Assembly (NCBI GenBank): GCA_963770315.1
Contig: CAVYPC010000002.1
Span: 2,227,168 to 2,291,167, forward strand
Direction: 5' to 3'
DNA from: an uncultured Solirubrobacterales bacterium
GTDB lineage: Bacteria > Actinomycetota > Thermoleophilia > Solirubrobacterales > 70-9
DNA: 64,000 bases
Shown here piece by piece: positions 13,425 to 23,417 of the stretch (the stretch's first letter is position 1; the number at the start of each line of letters is the position of its first letter). Position numbers and translations under genes: made by a program. The notes beneath the pieces are model-generated. The model saw only the letters and a list, made by a program, of their open reading frames with translations, was not told where the DNA came from and ran no database searches.

Positions 13425-13583
13425 GTGATCACGGTGCTCATGTCGTCAAGGGCCAGCACCAGGCAGATCGGGATATCCCTGATTTTGCCGACGAAAAATG
13501 GATTTCCGTCTGGATCGGCACCCGAGCGTGAAGTGGTCGGGCGTATGGATATCGCGGTCGGGAAGGCCAGGTCTACCTTCGTC
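13406..13583 (-). pseudogene. remnant of a DUF4258-like toxin gene (C-terminal third only)
   Basis: The minus-frame tail DPDGNPFFVGKIRDIPICLVLALDDMSTVITLYHLD resembles the G...l.VV....vITVY end of DUF4258 toxins. No ATG/GTG/TTG start lies downstream of the map stop except very near the 3' end, and the upstream part of the ORF merely overlaps map out of frame. GC is locally lower. Confidence 0.35.
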
Positions 13584-14351
13584 CTACTCGTCCTCGTGCC
13601 AGGGCGTGAGAATCCGCGGCCCGTCGGCCGTGACGGCGATCGTGAACTCGAAGTGGGCCGCCTGGGAGCCGTCCTGGGAGTAGACGGCCCAGCCGTCGTC
13701 GCCCATCCGCACCAGCGGGCCACCGGCGTTGACCATCGGCTCGATCGCCAGCACCGTGCCCTCCTCCAGCTCCGGCCCCCGGCCGGGCTCGCCGAAGTTG
13801 GGGACCTGCGGATCCTCGTGCATATCGCGGCCGATCCCGTGGCCGACCAGCGTACGGATAATCGAGAGCCCCTCGATCTCGACCGCCCGCTGGATCGCCG
13901 CCGAGACGTCGCCGAGGTGATTGCCCGGCCGCATCTGCTCGGCGCCGGCGAACAGCGCGGCCTTGGTCACGTCGAGCAGCTTGCGCGCCTCCGGGGCGAC
14001 CGATCCGATCGGGACGGTGAGCGCCGCGTCGGCCACCCAGCCGTCCTTGACGACACCGACGTCGATCGAGAGCACGTCGCCGCGCTTCAGCTCGTAGGCC
14101 CCGGGGATTCCGTGCACGACCATCGAGTTGGGCGAGGCGCAGATCGAGCCGGGAAAGCCACGGTAGCCCTTGAAGGCCGGCTCGGCGCCCTGCGAGCGGA
14201 TGAACTTCTCCGCCGCGGTGTCGAGCTCCTTGGTCGTCACGCCGGCGCGCGCCTTGGCCGCAAGCATGCGCAGGCAGCGGACCAGAACCTGGCCCGAGGC
14301 CGCCATCTTGTCGAGCTGCTCAGGCGTCTTCTTGATGATCATGCGATACAC
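13584..14351 (-). CDS. map: type I methionine aminopeptidase
   Basis: 255 aa. Metal ligands lie in DVGVVKDGWVAD, GHGIGRDMHE and AIEPM. The start may instead be the MIIKK methionine at 14342. Confidence 0.95.
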   Translation of the reverse strand: MYRMIIKKTPEQLDKMAASGQVLVRCLRMLAAKARAGVTTKELDTAAEKFIRSQGAEPAFKGYRGFPGSICASPNSMVVHGIPGAYELKRGDVLSIDVGVVKDGWVADAALTVPIGSVAPEARKLLDVTKAALFAGAEQMRPGNHLGDVSAAIQRAVEIEGLSIIRTLVGHGIGRDMHEDPQVPNFGEPGRGPELEEGTVLAIEPMVNAGGPLVRMGDDGWAVYSQDGSQAAHFEFTIAVTADGPRILTPWHEDE

Positions 14352-14372
14352 GCTAGCCCCCCGGCAACGCCG

Positions 14373-15050
14373 CTAAATAGCCTCGTCGGCTTCCAGCTTC
14401 AGCGTAGCCAAAGAGCGGCGCAGCTCATCCGCCACCGCATCCGGGGAGGCACTGCCGTCGATCCGTCGCAGCAGGCTCTGGTGGTCGTAGAGCTCGATCA
14501 GCGGCTCGGTCTTCTCGTGATAGGTCTGAAGCCGGTGGCGGATCACCTCGGGCTTGTCGTCGTCGCGGACGATCAGCTCGCTGCCGTCGACGTCGCACAC
14601 GCCCTCGCGCTCGGGTGGATTGAAGTCGACGTGGAAGACGTGGCCGTTCTCGATGCAGGTGCGGCGGCCGCCCAGCCTCCGCATGACCTCCTCGTCGTCC
14701 GCGTCGATCAGCAGCACCGCTGTCAAGTCCCGTCCCAGCTCGCCGAGCTTCGCCGCCAGCGCTTCGGCCTGCGGCACAGTGCGCGGGAAGCCATCGAGGA
14801 TGAAGCCGTCGGCCGCCTCTGCCGAATCGATCCGCTCGGCGATCGCGCCGACGATCACCTCGTCGGGCACCAGGTCGCCGCGGTCCATGTACTCCTTCGC
14901 CGCCCGGCCGAGCTCGGTTTCGTCGCGCACAGCCGCCCGCAGGATGTCCCCGGTCGCGTAGTAGGGAAGCTGCAGGTCTTCCTGCAGCCGCTCCCCCTGA
15001 GTTCCCTTCCCACTGCCGGGAGGGCCTAGAAGAACGAGATTGAGCTCTAT
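14373..15050 (-). CDS. adk: adenylate kinase (start codon unresolved)
   Basis: NLVLLGPPGSGKGTQ P-loop, a lid region and AMP-binding motifs. No ATG/GTG/TTG was found in frame within the roughly 45 codons I hand-checked upstream of the P-loop. The only candidate there is ATA (15048-15050), which overlaps the secY stop. Confidence 0.9.
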   Translation of the reverse strand: MELNLVLLGPPGSGKGTQGERLQEDLQLPYYATGDILRAAVRDETELGRAAKEYMDRGDLVPDEVIVGAIAERIDSAEAADGFILDGFPRTVPQAEALAAKLGELGRDLTAVLLIDADDEEVMRRLGGRRTCIENGHVFHVDFNPPEREGVCDVDGSELIVRDDDKPEVIRHRLQTYHEKTEPLIELYDHQSLLRRIDGSASPDAVADELRRSLATLKLEADEAI

Positions 15051-16321
15051 TTCAGGAACCCCTCGTAGTTGCGCATCATCAGCTGTGCCTCGAGCTGCTT
15101 GACGGTATCCAGAGCCACGCCGATCACGATCAGGATCGAGGTGCCGCCAAAGAAGAAGTTGGCCGAGGTCTGGCTGATCAAGATCGTCGGCAGCGCCGCC
15201 ACCGCACCCAGGTAGAGGGCGCCGGGAAAGGTGAGCCGGGAGAGGATCCGGTCGAGGTACTCGGCGGTTGGGCGCCCGGGACGGACCCCGGGGATGAAGC
15301 CGCCGTATTTCTTCAGGTTGTCGGCCTGGTCGACCGGGTTGAAGGTGACCGCCGTGTAGAAGTAGGTGAAGATGATGATGAAGAACACCTCGCCTATCAC
15401 GTAGGCCCAGCCGTTGGGGCTGAAGAAGGCGGCGAAATCGAGCGCCGCCGGGGTGTTGAGCAGCTGGCCGATCGTCGGCGGGAAGGCCATGATCGAGGCG
15501 GCGAAGATGACTGGGATCACGCCCGCCATGTTGACCCGCAGCGGCAGGTAGGTCGACCCGCCGGAGGTCATTTTGCGCCCGACCATGCGTTTCGCGTACT
15601 GGACCGGGATGCGGCGCTGCCCCTCCTGGACGAAGACGATCGCGACGATCACTGCCAGCGCGATGAACGGCATCATCACGACGAAGACCTGATCGGGATT
15701 GGTCCACCAGGCGGTCAGCCCGTTGGGGATGCGCGAGACGATCGAGGCGAAGATCATCAACGAGATGCCGTTGCCCACGCCCCGCTGGGTGATCAGCTCG
15801 CCGAGCCACATCAGGAGGGTGCAGCCGGCCGTCAGACAGATCACGATCAGCAGGACTTTGGGGCCGGTGAGGCTGCCGAGGACGTTGCCTCCCCCGGCCT
15901 GGTTGCCGAAGGAGCGGAAGAGGAAGACGTAGCCGAAGGACTGCGCGAAGGCCAGCCCGACGGTGAGATAGCGGGTGTACTGGGTGATCTTCTGCTGGCC
16001 GACCTCACCCTCTTTCTGCAGTTTCTCCAGCGACGGCACGACCACCGTGAGGAGCTGCAGGATGATCGAGGCGGTGATGTAGGGCATGATCCCCAGGGCG
16101 AAGAGGGAGAGGCGCGAAAGACCGCCGCCCGAGAAGAGGTTGAGGAAGCCGAGGATGTTGCTGCCGGCGAAGTTGTTTCCCAGTTCCTTGACCGCGTTCG
16201 CGTCGACGCCCGGCGCGGGGATGTAGGCGCCGAGCCGGTACAGCAGCAGCATCGCCGCGGTGAACGCAAGCTTCTTGCGGATGTCCGCGACGCTGAAAGC
16301 GTTCGCAATAGTCCTGAGCAT
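15047..16321 (-). CDS. secY: preprotein translocase subunit SecY
   Basis: 424 aa with 10 TM segments, in the canonical position after rplO (TAATG overlap). Confidence 0.97.
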   Translation of the reverse strand: MLRTIANAFSVADIRKKLAFTAAMLLLYRLGAYIPAPGVDANAVKELGNNFAGSNILGFLNLFSGGGLSRLSLFALGIMPYITASIILQLLTVVVPSLEKLQKEGEVGQQKITQYTRYLTVGLAFAQSFGYVFLFRSFGNQAGGGNVLGSLTGPKVLLIVICLTAGCTLLMWLGELITQRGVGNGISLMIFASIVSRIPNGLTAWWTNPDQVFVVMMPFIALAVIVAIVFVQEGQRRIPVQYAKRMVGRKMTSGGSTYLPLRVNMAGVIPVIFAASIMAFPPTIGQLLNTPAALDFAAFFSPNGWAYVIGEVFFIIIFTYFYTAVTFNPVDQADNLKKYGGFIPGVRPGRPTAEYLDRILSRLTFPGALYLGAVAALPTILISQTSANFFFGGTSILIVIGVALDTVKQLEAQLMMRNYEGFLK

Positions 16322-16848
16322 TACGGCTCCAGAGTGTGACAGGAACCGCCGGCTGCCTCGATCTTCTCCCTGGCGGCAGCGCTGAAGCCGTGCGCGTGGA
16401 TCTCGAGCTTCTTCGAAATCTCCCCGCGGGCGAGGATCTTGACCGGGTCCGAGCGCTTCGCCAGGCCCTTTTCCTTGAGCGAGTCCGGGGTCACCTCGGC
16501 GCCGGCATCGAAGCGCTCCTCGAGGTCGGCGAGGTTGACGGGCTGCGTCGCGGTGCGGAAGTTCTCGAATGGCATCGACTGCTTTTTGTGCGGGCCGCGA
16601 AGCTTTCGCATCCGCATGTGGATCGGGTTCTGGCCGCCCTCGTAACCCGCCTTGCGCTTGCGGCCTGAGCGCGCGCCGGCACCCTTGTGCCCGCGGCCGG
16701 AGGTCTTCCCCAGCCCGCTGCCCTCGCCGCGGCCGATCCGCTTGCGTGGCCGTTTGGAGCCGGGCTTGGGCGAGAGGTTGTGAAGCCCGATCTCCAGCGA
16801 GCGCTCGCTGGGCGCGGCGTCTTTGGCTTTCGCGTCTTTCTCAGCCAC
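16321..16848 (-). CDS. rplO: 50S ribosomal protein L15
   Basis: GRGEGSGLGKTSGRGHKG motif. I chose the GTG start at 16848, which overlaps the rpmD stop. The ORF-track start at 16944 runs through rpmD. Confidence 0.93.
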   Translation of the reverse strand: MAEKDAKAKDAAPSERSLEIGLHNLSPKPGSKRPRKRIGRGEGSGLGKTSGRGHKGAGARSGRKRKAGYEGGQNPIHMRMRKLRGPHKKQSMPFENFRTATQPVNLADLEERFDAGAEVTPDSLKEKGLAKRSDPVKILARGEISKKLEIHAHGFSAAAREKIEAAGGSCHTLEP

Positions 16849-17020
16849 CGTCGACCTCCACCAGATGCGACACGACCCGGATCTGGCCCTGCAACTGAGG
16901 GGAGTCTTTCTTCTCCACGGCAGAACCGATCTTCCCCAGCCCAAGCGCGTAAAGCGTCGCTTTCTGACTGGGGTTGCTGCCGTTAGCCGACCGAATCTGC
17001 TTGACCTTGACGGCGCTCAC
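16841..17020 (-). CDS. rpmD: 50S ribosomal protein L30
   Basis: Below the ORF-track cutoff. My translation is [59 protein letters not shown] (59 aa). GTGA overlap with the rpsE stop. Confidence 0.9.
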   Translation of the reverse strand: MSAVKVKQIRSANGSNPSQKATLYALGLGKIGSAVEKKDSPQLQGQIRVVSHLVEVDGG

Positions 17021-17787
17021 GACTGCTCCTCAGCTTTGGTCTCCTCAGTGGCCGGGGCAGTCGTCTCCCCGGCCGGAACCCCCTCAGCTGCCGCGGCATC
17101 GGCCTCTCCGGCGGGTGGCGCGGTAGGGGGGACCTCCTCCGAGGAAGCTTTAGCTACCGCAGGAGGAGGTGGGTCCCCTGCGGTGACAGGACCCGCGGCT
17201 GAGGCGTCAGAACCCTCGGCCGAAATGGTGGTAGCCCCGTTCGTCTTCTCAACTCCAAGCACCTGAGCAACGGTCAACCCGCGAAGCTCAGCGACCTCCT
17301 CGGGCCGCCGCAACCGAACCAGCCCGTCCATCGTCGCCTTGACCAGGTTGATCGGGTTCTGCGTGCCGATGCTCTTGGTCAGCACGTCGCGGACACCGCC
17401 GAGCTCGAGCACGGCGCGGACGCCGCCGCCGGCGATGACGCCGGTACCGGGGCTGGCCGGGCGCAGGACGACGTGCCCGGCGCCGTAGCGACCGATGATT
17501 TTGTGGGTCAGCGTCTGCCCGTATTTGGGCACGCGGATCAAGCTCTTGCGCGCGTTCTCGACCGCCTTCTGGATCGCCAGCGGAACCTCGCGAGCCTTGC
17601 CGTAGCCGATCCCGACGACGCCCTCTTCGTCGCCAACCGCGACGAGCGCGGTGAAGGAGAAGCGACGGCCGCCCTTGACCACCTTGGCGACGCGGTTGAT
17701 CTCGATCACCCGCTCCTGGAGATCGAGCCCCCGCGGGCTCACCGTCTCCACATTGGTCATGTCCATGCCCTTCATCGGACCGGACAA
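17017..17787 (-). CDS. rpsE: 30S ribosomal protein S5 with a roughly 78-aa Pro/Ala/Glu-rich C-terminal extension
   Basis: 256 aa. Core [22 protein letters not shown]. The tail starts at [14 protein letters not shown] and ends at ...ETKAEEQS. Confidence 0.95.
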   Translation of the reverse strand: MSGPMKGMDMTNVETVSPRGLDLQERVIEINRVAKVVKGGRRFSFTALVAVGDEEGVVGIGYGKAREVPLAIQKAVENARKSLIRVPKYGQTLTHKIIGRYGAGHVVLRPASPGTGVIAGGGVRAVLELGGVRDVLTKSIGTQNPINLVKATMDGLVRLRRPEEVAELRGLTVAQVLGVEKTNGATTISAEGSDASAAGPVTAGDPPPPAVAKASSEEVPPTAPPAGEADAAAAEGVPAGETTAPATEETKAEEQS

Positions 17788-17818
17788 GGTAGCTGAATGG
17801 GCAAGGCGCGGTTGGCCA

Positions 17819-18172
17819 TCAGAACTTCAGGCCTTTCTCGCGGGCTCCTTCGGCCAGCGCCTTGACGCGGCCGTGGAACTTGTAACCGCCGCGATCGAAG
17901 ACGCAGGTCTCGACGCCGGCGGACTTGGCGCGCTCTGCAAGCAGCTCTCCCGCCCGCTTCGCCTGCCCGCTCGCGGACAGCTTGCGCAGCTCCGGCTCGG
18001 TCCAGTTGACGGCGGCCAGGGTGTGGCCGGCGGCGTCGTCGACGAGCTGGGCGAAGATGCCGTGGTTGGAGCGGTAGACAGAGAGGCGCGGCCGCTCGGC
18101 GCTGCCGACGATGCGGGCGCGGACGCGGCGACGGCGGCGCAGGCGCTGCTGGCGCTTGGTCATGACGGTCAT
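17819..18172 (-). CDS. rplR: 50S ribosomal protein L18
   Basis: 117 aa. [20 protein letters not shown]. Confidence 0.97.
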   Translation of the reverse strand: MTVMTKRQQRLRRRRRVRARIVGSAERPRLSVYRSNHGIFAQLVDDAAGHTLAAVNWTEPELRKLSASGQAKRAGELLAERAKSAGVETCVFDRGGYKFHGRVKALAEGAREKGLKF

Positions 18173-18702
18173 GCGCGCTTACCCACCTTGCGGGCGACGT
18201 GCTCGCCGCGGTAGCGGATCCCCTTGCCCTTGTAGGGCTCCGGCGGGCGGCGCTTGCGGATGTCCGCTGCGACCTGCCCGACCAGCTGCTTGTCGATCCC
18301 CCGCACGATTATCTCGGTCTGCTGCGGGACCTCGAACTCGATCCCCTCGGGGGGCTCGATCGAGACCGGGTGGGAGTAGCCGAGCGCCAGCTCAAGGCCC
18401 TTGCCCTTGAGCTGGGCGCGGTAGCCGACGCCCTGGATCTCCAGCCGCTTCTCGAAGCCGTCGGTGACGCCCTCGACCATGTTCGCGATCAGGCTCCGGG
18501 TCAGCCCGTGGAGGGCGCGGTGCTCGCCGCGGTCGGTCGGGCGCTGCACGGTGACCGCGCCATCGTCCTGCTCGACCTTCATCTCGGCAGAGAGGCTTTG
18601 CGCCAACTCGCCCTTCGGCCCTTTGACCGCGACCCGCCCAGGGGCAAGCTCGACCGTGACGGACTCGGGAACGGGGATCGGCTTTCTTCCAATTCGACTC
18701 AT
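18169..18702 (-). CDS. rplF: 50S ribosomal protein L6
   Basis: 177 aa. [17 protein letters not shown]. Confidence 0.97.
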   Translation of the reverse strand: MSRIGRKPIPVPESVTVELAPGRVAVKGPKGELAQSLSAEMKVEQDDGAVTVQRPTDRGEHRALHGLTRSLIANMVEGVTDGFEKRLEIQGVGYRAQLKGKGLELALGYSHPVSIEPPEGIEFEVPQQTEIIVRGIDKQLVGQVAADIRKRRPPEPYKGKGIRYRGEHVARKVGKRA

Positions 18703-18718
18703 CGCTGAATGTCCTCGA

Positions 18719-19114
18719 TCACCAGACGTAGGCGACGACCTCGCCGCCGACGCCTTTCGCCTTCGCTTCGTGCCCGGTCATCACGCCAACCGAGGTGCTG
18801 ACGATCGCCGTGCCGCTGCCGCCGTGCACGCGCGGCACTTCCTTGTGATCGACGTAGCGTCGCCGCCCCGGCCGCGAGACCCGCTCCAGCCCGATGATCA
18901 CCGGGCGGCGGTCCTCGGTGTACTTGAGCGTGATCTCGATCGCCTCGCCGACCTTGGCCGGCTTGCGGTGGAAATCGCGGATATAGCCCTGCTCCTTGAG
19001 GATCCGCGACATCTCTTCCTTCAGGCGCGAGGCGGGAATCTGCACGTCGTCGTGACCGGAGCCGAGCGCGTTGCGGATCCGGGTCAGGTAATCGGCTATC
19101 GGGTCGTTCAGCAT
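18719..19114 (-). CDS. rpsH: 30S ribosomal protein S8
   Basis: 131 aa. [16 protein letters not shown]. Confidence 0.97.
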   Translation of the reverse strand: MLNDPIADYLTRIRNALGSGHDDVQIPASRLKEEMSRILKEQGYIRDFHRKPAKVGEAIEITLKYTEDRRPVIIGLERVSRPGRRRYVDHKEVPRVHGGSGTAIVSTSVGVMTGHEAKAKGVGGEVVAYVW

Positions 19115-19121
19115 CGTTCTC

Positions 19122-19307
19122 CTACCAGCTCGACTTGGTCATGCCGGGCACGTAACCCTCGTGGGCGGCCTCGCGCAGGCAGATCCGGCAGAGGCCGAAC
19201 TTGCGGTAGTAGCCCCGCGGGCGCCCGCAACGGCGGCAGCGGTTGTATTCGCGGGATTTGAACTTGGCCTTGCGCGACTGCTTGACCTTCATGGAAGTCT
19301 TAGCCAT
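19122..19307 (-). CDS. rpsN: 30S ribosomal protein S14, zinc-binding type Z
   Basis: 61 aa. [20 protein letters not shown]. Confidence 0.96.
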   Translation of the reverse strand: MAKTSMKVKQSRKAKFKSREYNRCRRCGRPRGYYRKFGLCRICLREAAHEGYVPGMTKSSW

Positions 19308-20145
19308 CTGAGCTCTCCTTATCGTCCTGCGCGTCGGCCTCTCCGGCGGCTGGCGTGGAGGTGGGCTCCTCGCCCGCAGCCTGCGAGGACGAGGAGTCCT
19401 CCTCCGCGACAGGATCCGCCGGTTGAGGCGTCGCGTATGCGTCAGGGTTCTCCTCTTTCAACTGTTCCAGGGCGGCCTGCTCGGCCTCGGCCCGCTGGCG
19501 GGCCTCCTCCTTGCGCCGCTCCTCCTCCGCCTCGGCCTCAGCCTCGGCAGCAGCGCCCGGGCGGCCCTCTTTGGCGAACGGCATGCCCAGCCCGAGCAAC
19601 AGCTCGAAGGCCTCGATGTCGGTCTGCGCGGAGGTCGCAATGGTGACGTCGAGGCCGCGCACCTCGTCGATCGAGTCGTAATCGATTTCCGGGAAGATGA
19701 GTTGCTCGCGGACCCCCATCGAGTAGTTGCCACGGCCATCGAAGGAGCGCGGGTTGAGTCCGCGGAAGTCGCGGATGCGCGGCACCGCGATCGAGGTCAG
19801 CCGGTCGAAGAACTCCCACATCCGCGCCCGGCGCAGGGTTACCGAGAGGCCGACCGGCATCCCCTCGCGGACCTTGAAGGAGGCGATCGACTTGCGCGCC
19901 CGCCGCACGCTGGGCTGCTGGCCGGCAATCGTCGCCAGCTGCTCCTGCGCGGCCTCGAGCATTTTCGCGTTCTGCTTCGCCTCTCCGACCCCCATGTTGA
20001 GGACGATCTTCTGCAGGCGCGGCAGCTGCATCGGCGTCGAGTAGCCGAATTTCCGCGTCAGCGCCGGCGCCACCTCCTGCTCGTAGAGCTCGCGCATGCG
20101 GGGCGGTGGCGCGGCCTGGGACTGGGGAGTCGTCGCGGCCTCCAT
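19300..20145 (-). CDS. rplE: 50S ribosomal protein L5 with a roughly 90-aa acidic C-terminal extension
   Basis: Start MEAATTPQ at 20145 (ATGA overlap with the rplX stop). Core [16 protein letters not shown]. Tail [24 protein letters not shown]...[11 protein letters not shown]. Confidence 0.93.
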   Translation of the reverse strand: MEAATTPQSQAAPPPRMRELYEQEVAPALTRKFGYSTPMQLPRLQKIVLNMGVGEAKQNAKMLEAAQEQLATIAGQQPSVRRARKSIASFKVREGMPVGLSVTLRRARMWEFFDRLTSIAVPRIRDFRGLNPRSFDGRGNYSMGVREQLIFPEIDYDSIDEVRGLDVTIATSAQTDIEAFELLLGLGMPFAKEGRPGAAAEAEAEAEEERRKEEARQRAEAEQAALEQLKEENPDAYATPQPADPVAEEDSSSSQAAGEEPTSTPAAGEADAQDDKESSDG

Positions 20146-20486
20146 CAGAAAGCCACCCCGCTCCGCTTCGCGAACCGCTCGCGTTTGCCGCCTTTGCCGA
20201 TGCGCACGCCGACCCGGGTCGGCTTGTTGTCTTTGGGGTCGAGCAGCATCACATTGGAGACGTGGATCGACCCCTCCTTCTCGACGATCCCGCCGAGCTG
20301 CTGGCCAGCTTTCTGCACGTCCTGGGTCGGCCGTGCTTTTTCGTGCCGCTTGACCATGTTGATGCCCTCGACATAGACGAAGCTGCGCTTCGGATCGGTG
20401 CGCAGCACACGGCCGGTCTTGCCGGAGTCCTTGCCACCGATCACCTTCACCGTGTCGCCGGTCCTCACCTTCATCCCCCTGGCCAT
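20145..20486 (-). CDS. rplX: 50S ribosomal protein L24
   Basis: 113 aa. KOW motif [19 protein letters not shown]. Confidence 0.97.
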   Translation of the reverse strand: MARGMKVRTGDTVKVIGGKDSGKTGRVLRTDPKRSFVYVEGINMVKRHEKARPTQDVQKAGQQLGGIVEKEGSIHVSNVMLLDPKDNKPTRVGVRIGKGGKRERFAKRSGVAF

Positions 20487-20857
20487 CAGAGAACCTCCGG
20501 CGCAAGCGAGACGATTTTCATGAAGTTGCGATCGCGCAGCTCGCGGGCGACCGGCCCGAAGATGCGCGTGCCGCGCGGGTTGTTGCTGGCCGGGTCGATC
20601 AGCACGGCGGCATTCTCGTCGAAGGAGATATAGGTGCCGTCGGAGCGGCCGAGCTGCTTGCGTGTTCGCACGACGACGGCCTGCACGACCTCGCCCTTGC
20701 GGACCGCCCCCTGCGGGCTGGCCTGTTTGACGGTCGCCGTGATCACGTCGCCGACGCCGGCGTAGCGGCGGTGGGAGCCGCCCTTGACCCGGATGCAGAG
20801 GATCTCCCGCGCGCCCGAGTTGTCGGCGACCTTCAGTCTGGACTCCTGCTGGATCAT
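20486..20857 (-). CDS. rplN: 50S ribosomal protein L14
   Basis: 123 aa starting [24 protein letters not shown]. The ORF-track start at 21433 is an out-of-gene extension. Confidence 0.97.
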   Translation of the reverse strand: MIQQESRLKVADNSGAREILCIRVKGGSHRRYAGVGDVITATVKQASPQGAVRKGEVVQAVVVRTRKQLGRSDGTYISFDENAAVLIDPASNNPRGTRIFGPVARELRDRNFMKIVSLAPEVL

Positions 20858-20861
20858 CGCT

Positions 20862-21482
20862 CTACTTCGCCTTCTCCAGGATCTCGACCAGGCGCCAGCG
20901 CTTGGTCTTCGAGAGCGGCCTCGTCTCGACCACGCGGACCGTGTCGCCCTCGCCGGCCTCGTTGCGCTCGTCGTGAGCGTGGAGGGTGCGCGAGCGGCGC
21001 ACCACCTTCTCGTAGGTCGGGTGACGCCGCGCCGTGTCGATCCGGACGACGATCGATTTCTGGCCCTTGTCGGAGACGACGATCCCCTGCCGCACCTTGG
21101 CGGCATTGGCGTCCTTCTCGGCGGGCGGCGTCCCGGTTCCGGGCGTCTTCTTGGCCTTCGCGACAGCCCGTTCCTTGCGCCGTTCGGCTGCCGCGCGCTT
21201 CCGCGCCTCGGCCCGAGCGGTCGCCCGCTCCTCGGGAGACTGCTGGGGCCTCGCTTTGCCGGGCCTGCGTGAGGCTTCGAGCCGCTTCTTCTCCTTCCAG
21301 GGAAGATCGTCCTCGGGATTCGGCTCGGCTTCGGTGGCAGGCTCCGCTGCTTTCTCCTCGGCCTGAGCGGGAGCATCCGCCTCCTCAGCCGCAGGCTCCT
21401 CTGACGCGGGACCCGCGTCCTGAGGGGCCTCATCCTGAGGAGTCTCCTCTACTGCATCTTTTTTCTGCTCGTCCTCAGCCAT
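20862..21482 (-). CDS. rpsQ: 30S ribosomal protein S17 with a roughly 125-aa charged N-terminal extension
   Basis: 206 aa. The S17 core is only the last ~77 aa ([31 protein letters not shown]...). The ATG at 21482 overlaps the rpmC stop (TAATG). An internal GTG at about 21095 is an alternative start. Confidence 0.9.
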   Translation of the reverse strand: MAEDEQKKDAVEETPQDEAPQDAGPASEEPAAEEADAPAQAEEKAAEPATEAEPNPEDDLPWKEKKRLEASRRPGKARPQQSPEERATARAEARKRAAAERRKERAVAKAKKTPGTGTPPAEKDANAAKVRQGIVVSDKGQKSIVVRIDTARRHPTYEKVVRRSRTLHAHDERNEAGEGDTVRVVETRPLSKTKRWRLVEILEKAK

Positions 21483-21694
21483 TACTTCCTCAGCTCTCTA
21501 TCCAGATCGATTCCGCGCTGCTTGGCAATCGTCAGCAACCGCGCGATGTCCCGTTTGGCCACGCTCAACCGGTGGGTGTTCTCGAGCTCCCCGGTGGCGT
21601 GCTTGAAACGCAGGTTGAAGGACTCCTGCTTGGCGTCGATCAGCTTCGCCACCAGCTCGTCGTCTTTCATGTTGTGGGCCTCGGCCGCCTTCAT
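21482..21694 (-). CDS. rpmC: 50S ribosomal protein L29
   Basis: 70 aa. [47 protein letters not shown] overlap with the rplP stop. Confidence 0.95.
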   Translation of the reverse strand: MKAAEAHNMKDDELVAKLIDAKQESFNLRFKHATGELENTHRLSVAKRDIARLLTIAKQRGIDLDRELRK

Positions 21695-22113
21695 CAGGAC
21701 TCGGCCCCCTCGCGCATCACGAACTTGGTCTTGATCGGAAGCTTGTGGCCGGCGAGGCGCAGGGCCTCGCGGGCGAGATCCTCGGGCACGCCGGCAAGCT
21801 CGAACATCACCTTGCCGGGCTTGACCACGGCGACCCAGCCCTCGGGATTGCCCTTGCCCGAGCCCATCCGCGTCTCGGCGGGCTTCTTGGTGTAGGGCTT
21901 GTCCGGGAAGACGTTGATCCAGACCTTGCCGCCACGTTTGATCTTGCGGGTCATCGCGATACGCGCGGCCTCGATCTGGCGGTTGGTGATCCAGCCGCGG
22001 TCGAGGGCCTTCAGCCCATACTCGCCGAAGGCGACGTGGCTGCCACCCTTGGTGTAGCCGCGCATCCGGCCGCGCATCTGTTTGCGGTGCTTGACCCGCT
22101 TCGGCATCAGCAT
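21694..22113 (-). CDS. rplP: 50S ribosomal protein L16
   Basis: 139 aa. [19 protein letters not shown]. Confidence 0.97.
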   Translation of the reverse strand: MLMPKRVKHRKQMRGRMRGYTKGGSHVAFGEYGLKALDRGWITNRQIEAARIAMTRKIKRGGKVWINVFPDKPYTKKPAETRMGSGKGNPEGWVAVVKPGKVMFELAGVPEDLAREALRLAGHKLPIKTKFVMREGAES

Positions 22114-22835
22114 CAGCGATCACGTCCTCCGCGCCCGCGGTCGCCACCACGCCCGCGCCCGCCACCGCCCTGCGGCTCGCCGTCGGCGGGAACCTGGTCG
22201 GAGCGGAACCCTTCGGGCATCACCTCGCCCTTGTTGATCCAGCATTTGACGCCGATCCGGCCCGCGGTGGTGCGCGCCTCGAAGAAGCCGTAGTCGATGT
22301 TGGCGCGCAGCGTGTGCAGCGGCACCCGCCCGTCGGAATAGCTTTCGGTCCGCGCCATCTCAGAACCGCCGAGGCGGCCCGATACCTGCAGCTTCACCCC
22401 TTTGGCGCCGGAGCGCATCGCCGAGGTCAGGGCGCGTTTCATCGCCCGCCGGAAAGCGACCCGGTTCTGCAGCTGCTCGGCGATCGACTGGGCGACCAGT
22501 TTCGCATCGAGCTCGGGGCGCTTGACCTCGCGGATGTTGACCTTGACCGGCGTTCCGGTCAGCTTGTGCAGCTCCTTGCGCAGCGCGTCCACTTCGCTGC
22601 CCGACTTGCCGATCACGATGCCGGGACGGGCGGTGTGGATGTCGACGGAGACCTCGCCGCGGCGCTCGATCGTGATGCTGGAGAGCCCCGCGTGGGCGAG
22701 TTTGCCCTCGATATGATCGCGGATCTTCAGATCCTCCGCGAGCACGTCGGCAAAGCCCTTCTCGTCGAACCAGTTCGACTTCCAGTCCTGGATGTAGCCG
22801 ACCCTGAAGCCGCCGGGATGGATCTTCTGTCCCAT
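22113..22835 (-). CDS. rpsC: 30S ribosomal protein S3 (RGG-rich C-terminal tail)
   Basis: 240 aa. [23 protein letters not shown]. Tail [18 protein letters not shown]. Confidence 0.97.
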   Translation of the reverse strand: MGQKIHPGGFRVGYIQDWKSNWFDEKGFADVLAEDLKIRDHIEGKLAHAGLSSITIERRGEVSVDIHTARPGIVIGKSGSEVDALRKELHKLTGTPVKVNIREVKRPELDAKLVAQSIAEQLQNRVAFRRAMKRALTSAMRSGAKGVKLQVSGRLGGSEMARTESYSDGRVPLHTLRANIDYGFFEARTTAGRIGVKCWINKGEVMPEGFRSDQVPADGEPQGGGGRGRGGDRGRGGRDR

Positions 22836-22842
22836 GGTCTCG

Positions 22843-23415
22843 CTACTCCTCTTCCGGACTCAGAGCCACTGCGATGTGGCTGGTTCGCTTGTTGATCGGG
22901 GTTGCCCGGCCCAGCGCCCGCGGACGGAAGCGGCGCAGCGTCGGGCCTTCGTCGACGGTGATCTCGGCGACCCGCATCTCGTCGGCGACGAGATCGTGGT
23001 TGTTCTCCGCATTGGCCGCGGCCGACTCGATCAGCTTGCCGATGTCCTGGGCGGCGGCGCGCGGCGAGAACTGCAGCAGCGCCCGCGCCCGATCGATCTG
23101 CAGGCCGCGGACCTGATCGGCGATGAGACGGGCCTTGCGAGGGGCGACGCGCACGTAGCGAGAGCTGGCGCGGACGACGATCGGCCCCACCGGCTTCGGC
23201 GGCTCTTTCTTCTTCGCCGGCTCTTTTTTGGCAGCGGGTTTTTTCGCGCCCTCTTTTTTCGCCGCAGCTTTTTTCTCGGCCGGCGCTTTTTTCGCTTTCG
23301 CTTTTTTCGGCGCCTCTTTTTCGGCAGCAGTTTTTTTTGGCTCTTTTTTCGCCATTTTTTTGCTGTTTTTCTTATCCGGGTTGCTGCTTTTCTTATCCGG
23401 GTTCTCGTCGGCCAT
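22843..23415 (-). CDS. rplV: 50S ribosomal protein L22 with a roughly 78-aa Lys/Ala/Pro-rich N-terminal extension
   Basis: Start MADENPDKK at 23415. Core [19 protein letters not shown]. The extension contains a 21-nt direct repeat encoding [14 protein letters not shown]. Confidence 0.92.
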   Translation of the reverse strand: MADENPDKKSSNPDKKNSKKMAKKEPKKTAAEKEAPKKAKAKKAPAEKKAAAKKEGAKKPAAKKEPAKKKEPPKPVGPIVVRASSRYVRVAPRKARLIADQVRGLQIDRARALLQFSPRAAAQDIGKLIESAAANAENNHDLVADEMRVAEITVDEGPTLRRFRPRALGRATPINKRTSHIAVALSPEEE

Positions 23416-23417
23416 CG

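Noticed and set aside
14373-15809. 478-aa ORF-track entry spanning adk and part of secY
   Set aside because: Only the 3' third matches adenylate kinase. The 5' part is an out-of-frame read-through of secY. I trimmed it to 14373..15050.
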